Origin: Myxococcota bacterium
GTDB lineage: Bacteria > Myxococcota_A > UBA9042 > PHBI01 > JAWLBL01
Direction: 5' to 3'
DNA length: 64,000 bases
Assembly (NCBI GenBank): GCA_041687695.1
Contig: JAWLBL010000007.1
Coordinates: forward strand, 64,001-128,000
The notes under the pieces are model-generated. The model was not told the DNA's origin. It did not search any database and saw only the letters and a program-made list of their open reading frames with translations. Of the stretch, positions 53,832-64,000 are shown in pieces. A program made the translations under genes and the position numbers. Position 1 is the first letter of the stretch; every line of letters begins with the position of its first letter.

Positions 53832-55811
53832 ATGATGGGCGAGGTGTTCGAGGGCGAGCGGGGCCGTTACGAGGTGCTCGGGGCGTTGGGCGAGGGCGGC
53901 ATGGGGGCCACCTTCGTCGTGCGCGCCGAGGCGACGGGCGAGCGGCTGGCCGCCAAGGTCCTGAGGATGGACCGGGTCGACGACTGGAAGGCCGTCGAGC
54001 TGTTCGAGCGCGAGGCCAAGGTCCTGGCCGGCCTGGATCACCCGCGGATCCCCAAGGTCGTCGACACCTTCCGGGCGGACGGCGGGACCCGCCTGGGGCT
54101 GGTGCAGACGCTGGTGAACGGCCGGACGCTGCAGTCCCACCTGGACGAGCACCGCAGCGTGTCGGCGGGCGAGCTGGTGGACTGGCTGCGGCAGGGGCTG
54201 GAGCTGCTGGCCTTCCTGCACGGCCGCGTGCCGCCCGTGGTGCACCGGGACGTGACGCCGCGCAACCTGTTGGTGGCCGACGGGCAGCTCTGGCTGGTGG
54301 ACTTCGGGGCGGTCAAGACCGCGCTCAGCGGCCAGGCGACCGTCCACACGGCGGTGGGCACCTTCGGGTACATGCCGCCCGAGCAGATCATGGGCCAGGC
54401 CGGCCCCGGCGCGGACATGTACGCCCTGGGCGTCACCTTCGTGGCCCTGGCGGCGGGGCTCGAGCCGGGGCGGCTGCCGCTGGACGGCGACTCGGGCCGC
54501 ATCGACGTGCGCCGGGCGGTCGGCGACGCGACCGGCCTGCCGGGCGCGGTGGTGGACGTGCTCGAGGCGATGACGCGGCCCGGGCTGGGGCAGCGCCTGG
54601 TCGACGCGCGCGAGGCGCTGGCGCGGCTGTCGCGCGAGCCCGAGGCCGCCTCACCGGCGCGGACGGGGAAGGCGCCGGCGCGTCGAGTGAAGGTGCGCCA
54701 CCTGCTGGGCGCGGCGCTGCTGTGCTGGGTGGTCGGGGCGTACGCAGCGCAGCGCTGGCCCGGCGAAGGCGAGGTGGGGGCGCTGGGCGGGTGGTTCAGC
54801 GGCCACCCGAGGCTGGTCAGCGCGGTGACGGGGGCCCTGTGGGGCGACTACGCGGCGACGCTGGGGCCCAACTACGTCCGAGCCGTGGCCTTCGGGCCGG
54901 ACGGGCGCACGCTGGTCTCGGCGGCCACGGACGACGTGCTGGCCTGGGACGTGGAGGGCGAGCGGGTCGACGCCGTGGTCGAGGCGTTCGAGGACCAGGG
55001 CGGGTGGGGCGTCCAGTGGCTGGGCTTCAGCGGGGACGGCCGCAGCGTGGTCGTCGCCACGGCGGAGGACGCGCGCGTCGTCGACGTTCAGGGGTGGACC
55101 GAGCGGGCGCGGGTGGCGGTGCGGGATCTGTCCGGCGACGTCCTGTCGTACGCCTGGCGGCCGACGTTCCTGGACGGCGTCGCGGCGGCCGACGGCGGCG
55201 CGCGGGTGGCCTGGGCGGTGGATGCGACCGTGCTGGTGGTGGACCCGCTGGCGGGGCGGGTCGTTCGCAAGGTGCCGACGGGTGGACAGGACGGCGCGGC
55301 GCTGGGCGCGCGAGGCGAGCGGCTGGTCGTCTGGCGTCACCGGGAATGGGCGACCTACGAAGCGGCGACCTCGACGGTGACCGTGTGGGACGTGGCGACC
55401 GGGCTCGAGGTCACGCGCTTCCTCGCGCCCAAGCGCGTGCAGTCCCTGGCGATGACCGACGACGGGGCGCGGCTGGTGGTGGTGGACTCGGCGGGGCTCG
55501 CCGTGTGGGACGCCCAGCAGGGGACCCCGCTGAGGGCCATCCCGACGACCCCGCCCGGCTACGACCAGGCGCGGGTGGCGCTGAGCCCCGACGGCCGGCT
55601 GGCGGCGACCCCGCGCGACGGCGGGGTGCGGGTCTTCGCGCTGGACTCGGGCGAGCAGGTCGCGGCGTTCGGGGTGCGCCCGCGCGGCTACTTCGTGTGG
55701 GACGTCGACGCGATGACCTTCGCGCCGGACGGCCGCACCCTGGCCACGGCGGCGACCGACCAGGTGGTGAGGCTGTGGCGCGTGCCGGAGGCGGGCGCGG
55801 TCAGTAGATGA
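53832..55811 (+). CDS. Ser/Thr protein kinase with TM segment and WD40 repeats
   Basis: GEGGMG, AAK, HRDVTPRN, DFG and GTFGYMPPEQ; WD40 repeats (FGPDGRTLVS, VTVWD, VRLW). Confidence 0.92.
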   Translation: MMGEVFEGERGRYEVLGALGEGGMGATFVVRAEATGERLAAKVLRMDRVDDWKAVELFEREAKVLAGLDHPRIPKVVDTFRADGGTRLGLVQTLVNGRTLQSHLDEHRSVSAGELVDWLRQGLELLAFLHGRVPPVVHRDVTPRNLLVADGQLWLVDFGAVKTALSGQATVHTAVGTFGYMPPEQIMGQAGPGADMYALGVTFVALAAGLEPGRLPLDGDSGRIDVRRAVGDATGLPGAVVDVLEAMTRPGLGQRLVDAREALARLSREPEAASPARTGKAPARRVKVRHLLGAALLCWVVGAYAAQRWPGEGEVGALGGWFSGHPRLVSAVTGALWGDYAATLGPNYVRAVAFGPDGRTLVSAATDDVLAWDVEGERVDAVVEAFEDQGGWGVQWLGFSGDGRSVVVATAEDARVVDVQGWTERARVAVRDLSGDVLSYAWRPTFLDGVAAADGGARVAWAVDATVLVVDPLAGRVVRKVPTGGQDGAALGARGERLVVWRHREWATYEAATSTVTVWDVATGLEVTRFLAPKRVQSLAMTDDGARLVVVDSAGLAVWDAQQGTPLRAIPTTPPGYDQARVALSPDGRLAATPRDGGVRVFALDSGEQVAAFGVRPRGYFVWDVDAMTFAPDGRTLATAATDQVVRLWRVPEAGAVSR

Positions 55812-57717
55812 CGGGCAGGACGTCCGGGGTCACGATGGCCGCGTCGCGGATGATGACGAAGCCGTTGGTGGCCGGGACGCCGCCCAGGGTCATCATGGCG
55901 TAGTCGACGCGGACGCTGGCCGACGACGGGTAGACGTCGACGTTGGGCGTCACGGTCAGCCCGGGCGTGAAGGCGACGATGCGCGCCGAGGTGACCTCGC
56001 CCGTGACGAGGTTCTGCACGACGTCCTGCGAGAGGATGCGCGGGTTGCCCAGCAGCGCGGCGGTGGTTGCGGGCTCGATGAGCTCCGTCTGCGTCAGGAT
56101 GGGCGGGTAGCTCGACACGACGCCCACCGGCGGGTCGAAGGTCGACAGGAACCCCTGGTCGCGCAGGGCCGAGGTGAAGGTGGCCAGCTGGGGCTGCGAG
56201 GTGGGCACCGCCGCGAGCCGCCCCGGCGGGATGGTGACCATGTCGATGACGTGCGTCACGCCGCCGACGCCCTGCAGGTGGGTGACGCGGATGAGCATCT
56301 GGTTGAGGGCGACCACGTCCTCGCCGCGGTCGATGAGCAGGGGCACGCCGGGCTCGGTGGCGACCTCGGTCACCGTGGTGACGCCAGCGACCGGGGCGTC
56401 GACGCCGGTGGTCGCGACGACCAGCGCGTCGGTCAGCGCCTGGGTGTTGGCGACCAGCGGCTGGTAGGCGGCCGGCAGCTCCGCGAGGGGGCCGCCGCTC
56501 GGGGCCGTGACCGCCGCGGGGTCGACCTCGGCGGGGGCCAGGACCAGATCGGGGTCGGCGATGGCCTCGGCCAGGAGCTGCACGTCCTCGATGCCGAAGG
56601 CGTCGGTGATGAACGCCTCCTCGTCGGTGACCGGCGGCTGCAGGTAGACGCTGCCCAGGCCGTGGACTACGCCGTTGACGGCCACCGCGTCGAGGGACGT
56701 CACGGCGCCCTCGCCGACGAACAGCGCCTCGCCGTCGGCGGTGATCTCGAGCGTGTCGCCGCCGACGGTCGTCAGGCGGCCGGACGCCGCCAGCTCGTCG
56801 CCGAGGACGCGGCCCCGCACGATGAAGCCGCGCAGCAGCTGGGCCAGCGCGTCCGGGTCGGCCAGCAGGGCCTCGCGATCGGCGGCCGGCAGCGCGGCGA
56901 AGGCCTGGTCGGTGGGCGCGAGCACGGTGTAGGGCCCCTCGCCTTCGAGCAGCGGGACGAGGCCCGTCTGCTCCAGCGCGTCGAGCAGGACGGTGTAGGT
57001 GCCGGCTTCGGCGAGCGCCTCGAGCAGCGTCGGCTCGGGCGGCTCGGCGACCAGCACCCGGTCGGTCAGGTGCGCGAGGCCGTTGGTGGCCACCAGATCG
57101 GGCGTGACGACCTGCCCGTCGGCGACGACCAGCGCGGCGCCGTTGGCGGTGACCGGCAGCTCCTCGCCGGCCAGGGTCGTGACGGCGCGCTGGTTGGCGA
57201 CCGCGGTCGCAGCGAGCGCGCCGCCGGCGACGTGGCGGCGGACCAGCTGGGTCAGGGCCTCGCGGTCGGTGCGCAGGGTCTCCAGCGTCTCCTCGGGCAG
57301 GAGCTGGAAGGCGGCGTTGGTGGGGGCGAAGACGGTGTAGGGGCCGCCCGTGTCCAGGGCGTCGGCGAGCCCGACCGCCTGGACGGCCGAGACGAAGGTG
57401 CTGAGGTCGTCGCGCGAGGACAGGACGTCGAGCAGGCTGCCTGCGGTCGGGGCCGCGAGCTCGGCGGGCGCGAGGACCTGGTCGCCAGGAGCGCCGGCCT
57501 GCGCGACGGCGGGCGGCTGGGTCTCGAGGAAGGTCAGCGCGGGCACGGGCTGGTCGGGCACCTGCAGGATGACGAGATCCTGGGCGGGCGCGGCGCCGAA
57601 GTCGAAGGATACGTCGCCGTCCGCGCCGTCGCCCGAGCCGGGTAGCAGGGTGGAGGCCAGGGCCAGCGCCAGCGCGGCGCCGATTCGGCCTCTGCGGGTG
57701 CCGTGGGTGCGGGTCAT
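55801..57717 (-). CDS. Fasciclin (FAS1) domain protein
   Basis: Two clear FAS1 domains (GPYTVFAPTNAAF, GPYTVLAPTDQAF, ATNG-x-x-H) plus degenerate C-terminal copies; signal peptide. Confidence 0.88.
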   Translation of the reverse strand: MTRTHGTRRGRIGAALALALASTLLPGSGDGADGDVSFDFGAAPAQDLVILQVPDQPVPALTFLETQPPAVAQAGAPGDQVLAPAELAAPTAGSLLDVLSSRDDLSTFVSAVQAVGLADALDTGGPYTVFAPTNAAFQLLPEETLETLRTDREALTQLVRRHVAGGALAATAVANQRAVTTLAGEELPVTANGAALVVADGQVVTPDLVATNGLAHLTDRVLVAEPPEPTLLEALAEAGTYTVLLDALEQTGLVPLLEGEGPYTVLAPTDQAFAALPAADREALLADPDALAQLLRGFIVRGRVLGDELAASGRLTTVGGDTLEITADGEALFVGEGAVTSLDAVAVNGVVHGLGSVYLQPPVTDEEAFITDAFGIEDVQLLAEAIADPDLVLAPAEVDPAAVTAPSGGPLAELPAAYQPLVANTQALTDALVVATTGVDAPVAGVTTVTEVATEPGVPLLIDRGEDVVALNQMLIRVTHLQGVGGVTHVIDMVTIPPGRLAAVPTSQPQLATFTSALRDQGFLSTFDPPVGVVSSYPPILTQTELIEPATTAALLGNPRILSQDVVQNLVTGEVTSARIVAFTPGLTVTPNVDVYPSSASVRVDYAMMTLGGVPATNGFVIIRDAAIVTPDVLPVIY

Positions 57718-57862
57718 GGCTGCTCCGTGCCGCGGTGGCTGCCGGTGGGGCGCAGGGACACGGTAGGCACGAGAAGTCGAGTCTCCGAGCGGGGTTGCGG
57801 TGGTCGGGCGGCGGGCTGGGCGTGCTTAGGGTCGGACCTGGACGAGGAGGCTGGAGGGGGGG

Positions 57863-59230
57863 ATGAGCTCACGTGGTCTGGAGCGGAGCCGGCAGCAGGC
57901 GGTCGACGGCTTCATGGAGCGTCTCGTCCGTAGGACGCCTCACGAGGAGATCTTCCACCAGGCCGTGCGTTCGGTGGTCGAGGACGTGATGCCCGTCGTG
58001 CTCGAGCGGCGGGAGCTGGCCGAGGCCGCGATCCTCGAGCGGCTCGTCGAGCCCGAGCGGATCCACGGCTTCCGCGTGGCCTGGCAGGACGACGCCGGGC
58101 GCGTGCAGGTCGACCGCGCGTGGCGGGTGCAGTGGAGCGGCGCGTTGGGGCCCTTCAAGGGCGGCCTGAGGTTCCACCCGTCGGTGGACCTGGCCGTGCT
58201 GAAGTTCCTGGGGTTCGAGCAGACGGTGAAGAACGCCCTGACGGGGCTGCCGCTCGGCGGCGCGAAGGGCGGGGCGGACTTCGACCCCAAGAGGCGGTCC
58301 GAGCGCGAGGTGATGCGGTTCTGTCAGGCGCTGATGACGCTGCTGCACCGCGTCATCGGCGTCGACGAGGACATCCCGGCCGGGGACATCGGCGTCGGCC
58401 AGCGCGAGATCGGCTGGCTGTTCGGGCAGTATCGGCGCCTGACGCATCGGTTCGCGGGCGTGGTGACCGGCAAGGGGCGCGAGATCGGCGGCAGCTGGAT
58501 GCGGGTCGAGGCGACCGGGTACGGGCTGGTGATGTTCGTCGAGCGGATGCTGGAGCGGCGTGGTGACGGGCTGCGCGGCAAGACGTGCGTCATCAGCGGC
58601 GCGGGCAACGTGGCGCTGCACGCGGCGGAGCGGGCGGTCGCGTGCGGCGCGCGGGTCGTGACCCTGTCGGACTCGGACGGGTTCGTCCACGACCCCGACG
58701 GGCTCGACGCGGACAAGATGGCGTGGGTGAAGGCGCTCAAGCTCGAGCGGCGGGGGCGCATCCGCGAGTACGCCGAGCGCTTCGACGTGCAGTACCGCGA
58801 GGGGCAGGCGCCCTGGGGCGTGCCCTGCGACGTGGCGCTGCCGTGCGCGACGCAGAACGAGCTGGACGGCGGCGCCGCGCGGAGGCTGGTCGACGGCGGC
58901 TGCGAGGTGGTCGCCGAGGGGGCCAACATGCCGTCGACCGCCGAGGCGGTGGCGGTCTTTCGCGCGGCCGGGCTGCTGTACGCGCCCGACAAGGCGGCCA
59001 ACGCGGGCGGCGTCGCCGTGTCGGCCCTGGAGATGGGGCAGAACGCGGTGGGCCTGCCGTGGTCGCGCGAGCGCGTGAACGGGACCTTGGCGACCCTGAT
59101 GGGCGACATCCACGCGCGCTGTGTCGAGCACGGCTGCGATCGCGGCGGCCACGTCGACTACGCGCGCGGCGCCAACGTGGCCGGGTTCCTGCGGGTCGCC
59201 GAGGCCATGCTGGCCCAGGGCGTCATGTGA
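57863..59230 (+). CDS. gdhA: NADP-specific glutamate dehydrogenase
   Basis: KGGLRFHPSV, FEQTVKNALTGLPLGGAKGG, DIPAGDIG, EATGYG, GAGNVA and KAANAGGV motifs. Confidence 0.95.
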   Translation: MSSRGLERSRQQAVDGFMERLVRRTPHEEIFHQAVRSVVEDVMPVVLERRELAEAAILERLVEPERIHGFRVAWQDDAGRVQVDRAWRVQWSGALGPFKGGLRFHPSVDLAVLKFLGFEQTVKNALTGLPLGGAKGGADFDPKRRSEREVMRFCQALMTLLHRVIGVDEDIPAGDIGVGQREIGWLFGQYRRLTHRFAGVVTGKGREIGGSWMRVEATGYGLVMFVERMLERRGDGLRGKTCVISGAGNVALHAAERAVACGARVVTLSDSDGFVHDPDGLDADKMAWVKALKLERRGRIREYAERFDVQYREGQAPWGVPCDVALPCATQNELDGGAARRLVDGGCEVVAEGANMPSTAEAVAVFRAAGLLYAPDKAANAGGVAVSALEMGQNAVGLPWSRERVNGTLATLMGDIHARCVEHGCDRGGHVDYARGANVAGFLRVAEAMLAQGVM

Positions 59231-59245
59231 GCCGCCGGGCTGCGC

Positions 59246-61621
59246 TCAGCGACAGCCCTGGAAGCGGGACTCGGTCGGCGACTGGCAGAAGATGGGGTCC
59301 TCGAAGAAGTCGTAGTAGCACTTGGTCAGCCAGGTGCCGACCCCGCCGCAGTTGGGCACGGCGCCCATCCAGCCAAGGCTGCCCGAGCACAGGTTCGGGC
59401 AGTCGCCGACCGCGGTGTACTGCTTCTCGGGGGTCTTGTTGCAGTCGTAGTCGAAGCTGCCGTCGCCGCGGTGGGTCGTGAAGAAGGCCGTCTGGTTGGG
59501 ACGCGCGTTGGCGTTGGCGTCGTAGCAGTCGGTGTTGGTCGTCACGTTGTACTTGGTGGCGACGCTCGGCGCGCACAGGCACTGGCTCTTGTCGGGGTCG
59601 CCGAAGCCGTCGAGGTCGCCGTCGTAGTAGTAGGTCGTGCAGCCCGAGGCCCCCGGCTCGTCGATGGAGCCGTCGCAGTTGTCGTCCACGCCGTTGCAGG
59701 CCTCGAACTTGCCCGGGCTGACGGAGCCGTTGTTGTCGTTGCAGTCGCCGCCCTGCGAGGCGTTGTGCTTGCCGACCGGCGCGCACAGGCACTTCTTGTC
59801 GGCGGTGAGGCCGTAGCCGTCGCCGTCGCCGTCGTAGAAGTACATCTTGCAGCCGCCGGCGTTCTCCTCGTCGGTCTGGCCGTCGCAGTCGTCGTCCTTG
59901 CCGTTGCAGTCCTCGGCCGCGCCGGGGTAGGCCTTGGGGTCCATGGGCGCGCAGTCGCTGCCGTTGGGCGTCCCGTCGCCATCGATGTCCGGGTCGACGC
60001 AGTCGGCGACGCCGTCGCCGTCCACGTCTCCGTGGCCCTCGTCGGTCTGCCCGTCGCAGTCGTCGTCGACGCCGTTGCACAGCTCGAGCACGCCGGGGTT
60101 GATGAGCACGTTGCTGTCGTTGCAGTCGAACTGCGCGCCGGTCGCCGTGTACTTGCCGCTGGGCGCGCACAGGCACTTGAACAGCTCGGCGACGCCGTAG
60201 CCGTCGTTGTCGAAGTCGTAGTGCAGCTTGACGCACGCGTCCGAGGCCTCGGGGTCGGTCAGCCCGTCGCAGTCGTCGTCGAACCCGTTGCACGTCTCGA
60301 CGGCGTCGGGGTGGACCGCCGCGTTCTTGTCGTTGCAGTCGCCCTTCTTGGTCGCCGTGAACTTGGTCGCCTCGTCGGGGCCGCACAGGCACTTGGACTC
60401 TTCGGTGCCGAACCCGTCGCCGTCGCCGTCGTAGTAGAAGGTCGTGCACCCCTCGGCCGCCGCCTCGTCCGTCTTGCCGTCGCAGTCGTCGTCCTTGCCG
60501 TTGCAGACCTCGACCGCGTTCGGGTAGGCCAGCGGGTCGGCGTCGTCGCAGTCGCCCGACTTGGCGGCCGTGAAGCCGCCGCCGGGCAGCTTGATGCCCG
60601 GCCCGCACTGGCACTGCGACGCCGCCGCCCCGAAGTCGTCTCCGTCCGCGTCGAAGTACCAGGCGGTGCACCCGATGGCGTCCACCTCGTCGGTCTGCCC
60701 GTCGCAGTCGTCGTCGACGCCGTTGCACGTCTCGGCCGTCGCGGCCTTGCCGGTGCACACCATCTGGCCGCCCTCGCAAGTCTGCGTGCCCGGGCACGTC
60801 CCGTGCTCGCCCTCGATGGAGCACGGCGACCCGGTGACGCCCTCGTCGGTGACCCCGTTGCAGTTGTCGTCCTGTCCGTTGCACACCTCGGCGGCGGCCT
60901 CGGGGCCATCGCAGGCCGTCAGCCCGTCCGGGCCGCAGTGGCGCTGCCCGGCGCACGTCCCGTGCTCGTTGGCCACCGCGCAGCTGGTCGCCATGCCCAG
61001 CGCTCGCCCGGCGCCGTTGCACGCGCACTCGCCGTCATTGGGCACGCACTGCCGCGCCCCCGCCGTCGGGCCCTCGGTCAGCGTCTCGCACGCATAGCCG
61101 GTCGGGCACGGGCTGCCCGTCGCGTCCGAGCAGTCCATCCCGCAGAACGACCCCTGGTCGCCCAAACTCAGGCACAGGTCCTTGCCACCCGCCGTCGCGT
61201 TGCACTCGGCGCTGGTCGTGCACGGCTGGCACAGGTACACGGTCATCGGCACGCACAGGAAGACCACGTCGCCGCCGCCGCCCACGGGCTTGCAGGCGTA
61301 GCCCTCGGGGCACAGGCTCTCGCACAGCTTGGTGCACTGCATGCCCTCGGGCCCTGGGATGCAGTAGCCCGAGTCGCAGTCGTCGCCGGTCACGCAGGGC
61401 GGGAAGTCGGCCGGCGGCTCGCCCGCGTCCGTGTCGTCGCCCGCGCCCAGGTCCCCGGCGCCGTCGGGCGTCTTGGCGTCGACCGCATCGACGCTGGCGT
61501 CGATGGTCCCGAACGGCGTGTCGATGGCCGCGTCTTCGGGCGAGTCCACCCCGGACTCGGAGCAGGCCAGGAGCGACAGGGCGGCGAGCCCTGCGACGAC
61601 GGAGCGAGTGCGCGACATCAT
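59246..61621 (-). CDS. Cys/Asp-rich lipoprotein with MopE-like metal-binding repeats
   Basis: Lipobox LLAC; repeated YYDGDGDG(F/Y)G...CLC...DCND...E-x-CNG-x-DDDCDG-x-TDE. Confidence 0.9.
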   Translation of the reverse strand: MMSRTRSVVAGLAALSLLACSESGVDSPEDAAIDTPFGTIDASVDAVDAKTPDGAGDLGAGDDTDAGEPPADFPPCVTGDDCDSGYCIPGPEGMQCTKLCESLCPEGYACKPVGGGGDVVFLCVPMTVYLCQPCTTSAECNATAGGKDLCLSLGDQGSFCGMDCSDATGSPCPTGYACETLTEGPTAGARQCVPNDGECACNGAGRALGMATSCAVANEHGTCAGQRHCGPDGLTACDGPEAAAEVCNGQDDNCNGVTDEGVTGSPCSIEGEHGTCPGTQTCEGGQMVCTGKAATAETCNGVDDDCDGQTDEVDAIGCTAWYFDADGDDFGAAASQCQCGPGIKLPGGGFTAAKSGDCDDADPLAYPNAVEVCNGKDDDCDGKTDEAAAEGCTTFYYDGDGDGFGTEESKCLCGPDEATKFTATKKGDCNDKNAAVHPDAVETCNGFDDDCDGLTDPEASDACVKLHYDFDNDGYGVAELFKCLCAPSGKYTATGAQFDCNDSNVLINPGVLELCNGVDDDCDGQTDEGHGDVDGDGVADCVDPDIDGDGTPNGSDCAPMDPKAYPGAAEDCNGKDDDCDGQTDEENAGGCKMYFYDGDGDGYGLTADKKCLCAPVGKHNASQGGDCNDNNGSVSPGKFEACNGVDDNCDGSIDEPGASGCTTYYYDGDLDGFGDPDKSQCLCAPSVATKYNVTTNTDCYDANANARPNQTAFFTTHRGDGSFDYDCNKTPEKQYTAVGDCPNLCSGSLGWMGAVPNCGGVGTWLTKCYYDFFEDPIFCQSPTESRFQGCR

Positions 61622-61753
61622 GCGTGTCCATCCCGTGCAGGCGTGCAGCGACCGGCGAGGGTCCCCATCCCGAGCGCCGATCAATCGGGCAGTCTAGTCA
61701 CACGCGTCGCGACGAATCCACTGCAATCGGACGTCTCGCGTCGCGCCGCGCGG

Positions 61754-62881
61754 TCAGCCGACCAGCCCGGCGAGCGCCAGCCGCAGCGCGTCCACGGCCG
61801 CGTCCATCGCCACTCCGACGCCCCGGGCCGGCCGCGCCGCCTGCACCCGTCGCAGCGCCGCCGCCAGCCCCGCCACGTCGCCCCGTTCGACCTCGGCGCC
61901 CGACCCCTCGAGCGGCGCGAACCCGGCGCCGCGCGTCGTCGCGACGACGGGCACCCCGATCGCCGCGGCCCGCGCCACCTCCGGCAGCCAGCTCTCGCAC
62001 CACGCCGGCGCGAGCACCGCCGTCACCCCGTCCAGCCCGGTCCGCTCGCGGTCGCTCGCCCGCCGCACCCTCGGACGCCGCAGCAGATCGGCCGGCTCGG
62101 CCCCCTCACCCGGCTGGACGAGCAGCTCCCCGCCCTCGCAGGCCTCGAGCGCCGCCAGCGCCTCGTGCACGCCGTGGCGCGCGGCCGCCGACCCGGCCAG
62201 GAGCCACCGCGGCCCGTCCTCGACGCCCGCCACCGGGGCCCCGGACACGGGCAGCGGCAGGGCCAGCGCCGACGCGCCCTCCGCCGCTCGCAGCGCCCGC
62301 GCCCAGGCGCCGCGCACGAGTACATGGTCGGCCAGCACGCGCTCGGCCTCCTGCTCGGCCACGGTCGCGGCCGCCGCCCGGTGACGCGTCAGGAAGGACG
62401 ACGTCGGATGCGCCCGCGCCGCCGCGTCGAGGTCGGCGTGCAGCTCGCGCATCGACGGCAGGTCCTCGACCAGCACCGCCCCGGCGCCCCGCGCCCGCGC
62501 GGCCGCGAACACCCGCCGCGCGCCGCAGGTGGGCGCGACGACGACCCGGGTCTGCGGCGCGCGCGCGAGCCACGCGTCCGCCAGGCGCCCGACCAGCGCC
62601 CGCGTCGCGAAGCGGCGCCACATGACGCGGTCCACGTCACCGGCCGCCCAATGGGTGACGGCCAGATCGGCCAGCCCCCACAGGGGCACTCGGACCAGCT
62701 CGCCGGGCGCCAGCCGCAGCCGCCGCCGGCGCGGCCCCAGCCCCCAGGGCAGCGCCCAGGGCGCCAGCACCCGCACCTCGCCCGCGCTCCGCGCCGCCTC
62801 GACGACCGGCGCCAGCCACGTCGCCGGCTCGGGGCAGACGACGGCGATCACGGCGCGACGACGGCGCGGCGCCCCGCTCAC
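61754..62881 (-). CDS. Glycosyltransferase-like (GT-B) protein
   Basis: EQEAERVLAD; LLAG...RHG; LAPAWCES...EVARAAAIGVPVVAT resembles the GT-B C-terminal motif; GTGA overlap with the VanW-like gene. Confidence 0.65.
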   Translation of the reverse strand: MSGAPRRRRAVIAVVCPEPATWLAPVVEAARSAGEVRVLAPWALPWGLGPRRRRLRLAPGELVRVPLWGLADLAVTHWAAGDVDRVMWRRFATRALVGRLADAWLARAPQTRVVVAPTCGARRVFAAARARGAGAVLVEDLPSMRELHADLDAAARAHPTSSFLTRHRAAAATVAEQEAERVLADHVLVRGAWARALRAAEGASALALPLPVSGAPVAGVEDGPRWLLAGSAAARHGVHEALAALEACEGGELLVQPGEGAEPADLLRRPRVRRASDRERTGLDGVTAVLAPAWCESWLPEVARAAAIGVPVVATTRGAGFAPLEGSGAEVERGDVAGLAAALRRVQAARPARGVGVAMDAAVDALRLALAGLVG

Positions 62882-63771
62882 GTCGCCTCCCGACCCAGCC
62901 GCTCGGGGGCGACGCGCGCGGCGCACGCCGTCTCGCCGCAGGTCAGGCACGTGCGCGCCCGCTCCGGTGGGCTCAGGACGCGCTTGCGGCTCTCGCCGAG
63001 CACCTCGGCCGCCACCAGGTGACCGCTGGCCGCCAACGTGCGTCGCACCAGACGACCCGAGCGCACCAGCCCATCGGACGTCTCCTCGTCGCGCACGGCC
63101 TCGGCGGCGACGACCACCCCTGCCGGCGCCGGCCGGTCCGCATTCACCGTCAACACCAGCGCGTCGCCTTCGATCCGGCAGCCCAACACCGCGTGGCCCT
63201 CGGCCGGCGCGACGCGCAGGTCGACGTGCGGCCAGGCGACCGTCGCGTCGAGCCCCCAGACCTCGCCCGGACCCGCGGGGATGGCCTCGAGCGTGTGCCC
63301 GTGGCGCTCGAGGACGCGCCAGCCGAGCCCGGCCGCCATGGCGAACAGGGCGTTGGAGAGCAGGCACACGCCGCCGCCCAGGGTGGGGACCAGGCAACCG
63401 CCGCGGAACGACAGCCCGTGGACGAAGCCCCGCGCGGCGGTCATGGGCCCCAGCGCGCGCCAGAAGGACAGGGGGCGCCCGGGCGAGGTCCACAGCCCGT
63501 CGAAGGCCGGCGCGGCCAGGGCCAGGTTCGTGCGCTTGCCGGTCTCGAGGCGCGGGTCGGCGTCCGGGTCCTCGCGCCCGATCGCGACGCGGGCGCTCCA
63601 GACCCGGTGGGGCAGGGCGGCGACCGGCGGGGCATGGCGCGGGGCCGGGTAGGCGGCCGGCCGGATCGCCCAGTCGACGAGCCGCCGCGCCTGACGCAGC
63701 GCGACGAGCGCGCGACGTCCTGCCTCGAGGGCGGGGCCGACCGAGCGGCTGGGGTCGTGACGGGGTGACAT
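62878..63771 (-). CDS. VanW family protein
   Basis: NLALAA, SFWRALG, GGGVCLLSNALF, ERHGH, DATV and DLR motifs. Confidence 0.88.
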   Translation of the reverse strand: MSPRHDPSRSVGPALEAGRRALVALRQARRLVDWAIRPAAYPAPRHAPPVAALPHRVWSARVAIGREDPDADPRLETGKRTNLALAAPAFDGLWTSPGRPLSFWRALGPMTAARGFVHGLSFRGGCLVPTLGGGVCLLSNALFAMAAGLGWRVLERHGHTLEAIPAGPGEVWGLDATVAWPHVDLRVAPAEGHAVLGCRIEGDALVLTVNADRPAPAGVVVAAEAVRDEETSDGLVRSGRLVRRTLAASGHLVAAEVLGESRKRVLSPPERARTCLTCGETACAARVAPERLGREAT

Positions 63772-63862
63772 GAGCGGGCCTCGCTCGGGGGGACGTCGGG
63801 CCAACGGGCGGGCGCTCGGGGCTGTTCCCCTCCCCGGCGGCGCCCGCTATCCTCCGCCCATC

Positions 63863-64000
63863 ATGGCGTCCCTCTCCACGACCGTCGAGCGCGGCGTCCT
63901 CGCCCTCCTCGCGCCGCTCGATCGGGTCCGCGGGCGCCTGCTGCGGGCGCTCGGCGGGCTCGTCCGGCCGCTCGTGACCGACCGCGCCCTGCGGGTCGCC
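63863..64000 (+). CDS. Partial hypothetical protein (runs off the window)
   Basis: ATG 63863, open to the window end: MASLSTTVERGVLALLAPLDRVRG... Confidence 0.45.
   Translation, partial: MASLSTTVERGVLALLAPLDRVRGRLLRALGGLVRPLVTDRALRVA

Noticed and set aside
54243..54266. HRDVTPRN lacking the usual Lys, suggesting a pseudokinase
   Set aside because: The VAIK-equivalent Lys, HRD, Asn and DFG are intact, and Ser/Thr at this position is common in myxobacterial kinases.

Overview
Very GC-rich bacterial DNA, most likely Myxococcota, judged from MYXO-CTERM-like sorting tails, an AgmX/PglI-like C-terminal domain and many Cys/Asp-rich surface lipoproteins. About 43 real CDSs lie among many spurious GC-rich shadow ORFs. 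Contents: housekeeping enzymes (Fe-S/FAD D-lactate dehydrogenase-like, gdhA, NUDIX, PAP2, EEP, PHP, cupins); a sigma-54 response regulator with a divergent -24/-12 promoter; a three-gene block of large secreted repeat proteins (21.4-32.4 kb); a FixH/YtkA-pentaheme cytochrome pair; tandem DUF2330 paralogs; two stand-alone vWA proteins; and a probable Fur-controlled iron-uptake locus (TonB, DUF4856-like, imelysin, HTTM/gamma-carboxylase-like, TonB-dependent receptor). The standout is a gene the ORF track truncates: a DCC/DUF393 thiol-disulfide oxidoreductase at 21015-21392. Both codons of its CxxC motif are TGA (DGD-U-GF-U) and a SECIS-like hairpin follows, making it a candidate two-selenocysteine UxxU selenoprotein. 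Also notable are a eukaryote-like FBA glycan-binding domain in an EGF lipoprotein, a 176-bp palindromic MITE, and two tandem-repeat tracts. No rRNA, tRNA, CRISPR array, transposase or reverse transcriptase was recognised. All family assignments are by-eye motif recognition, not database results.
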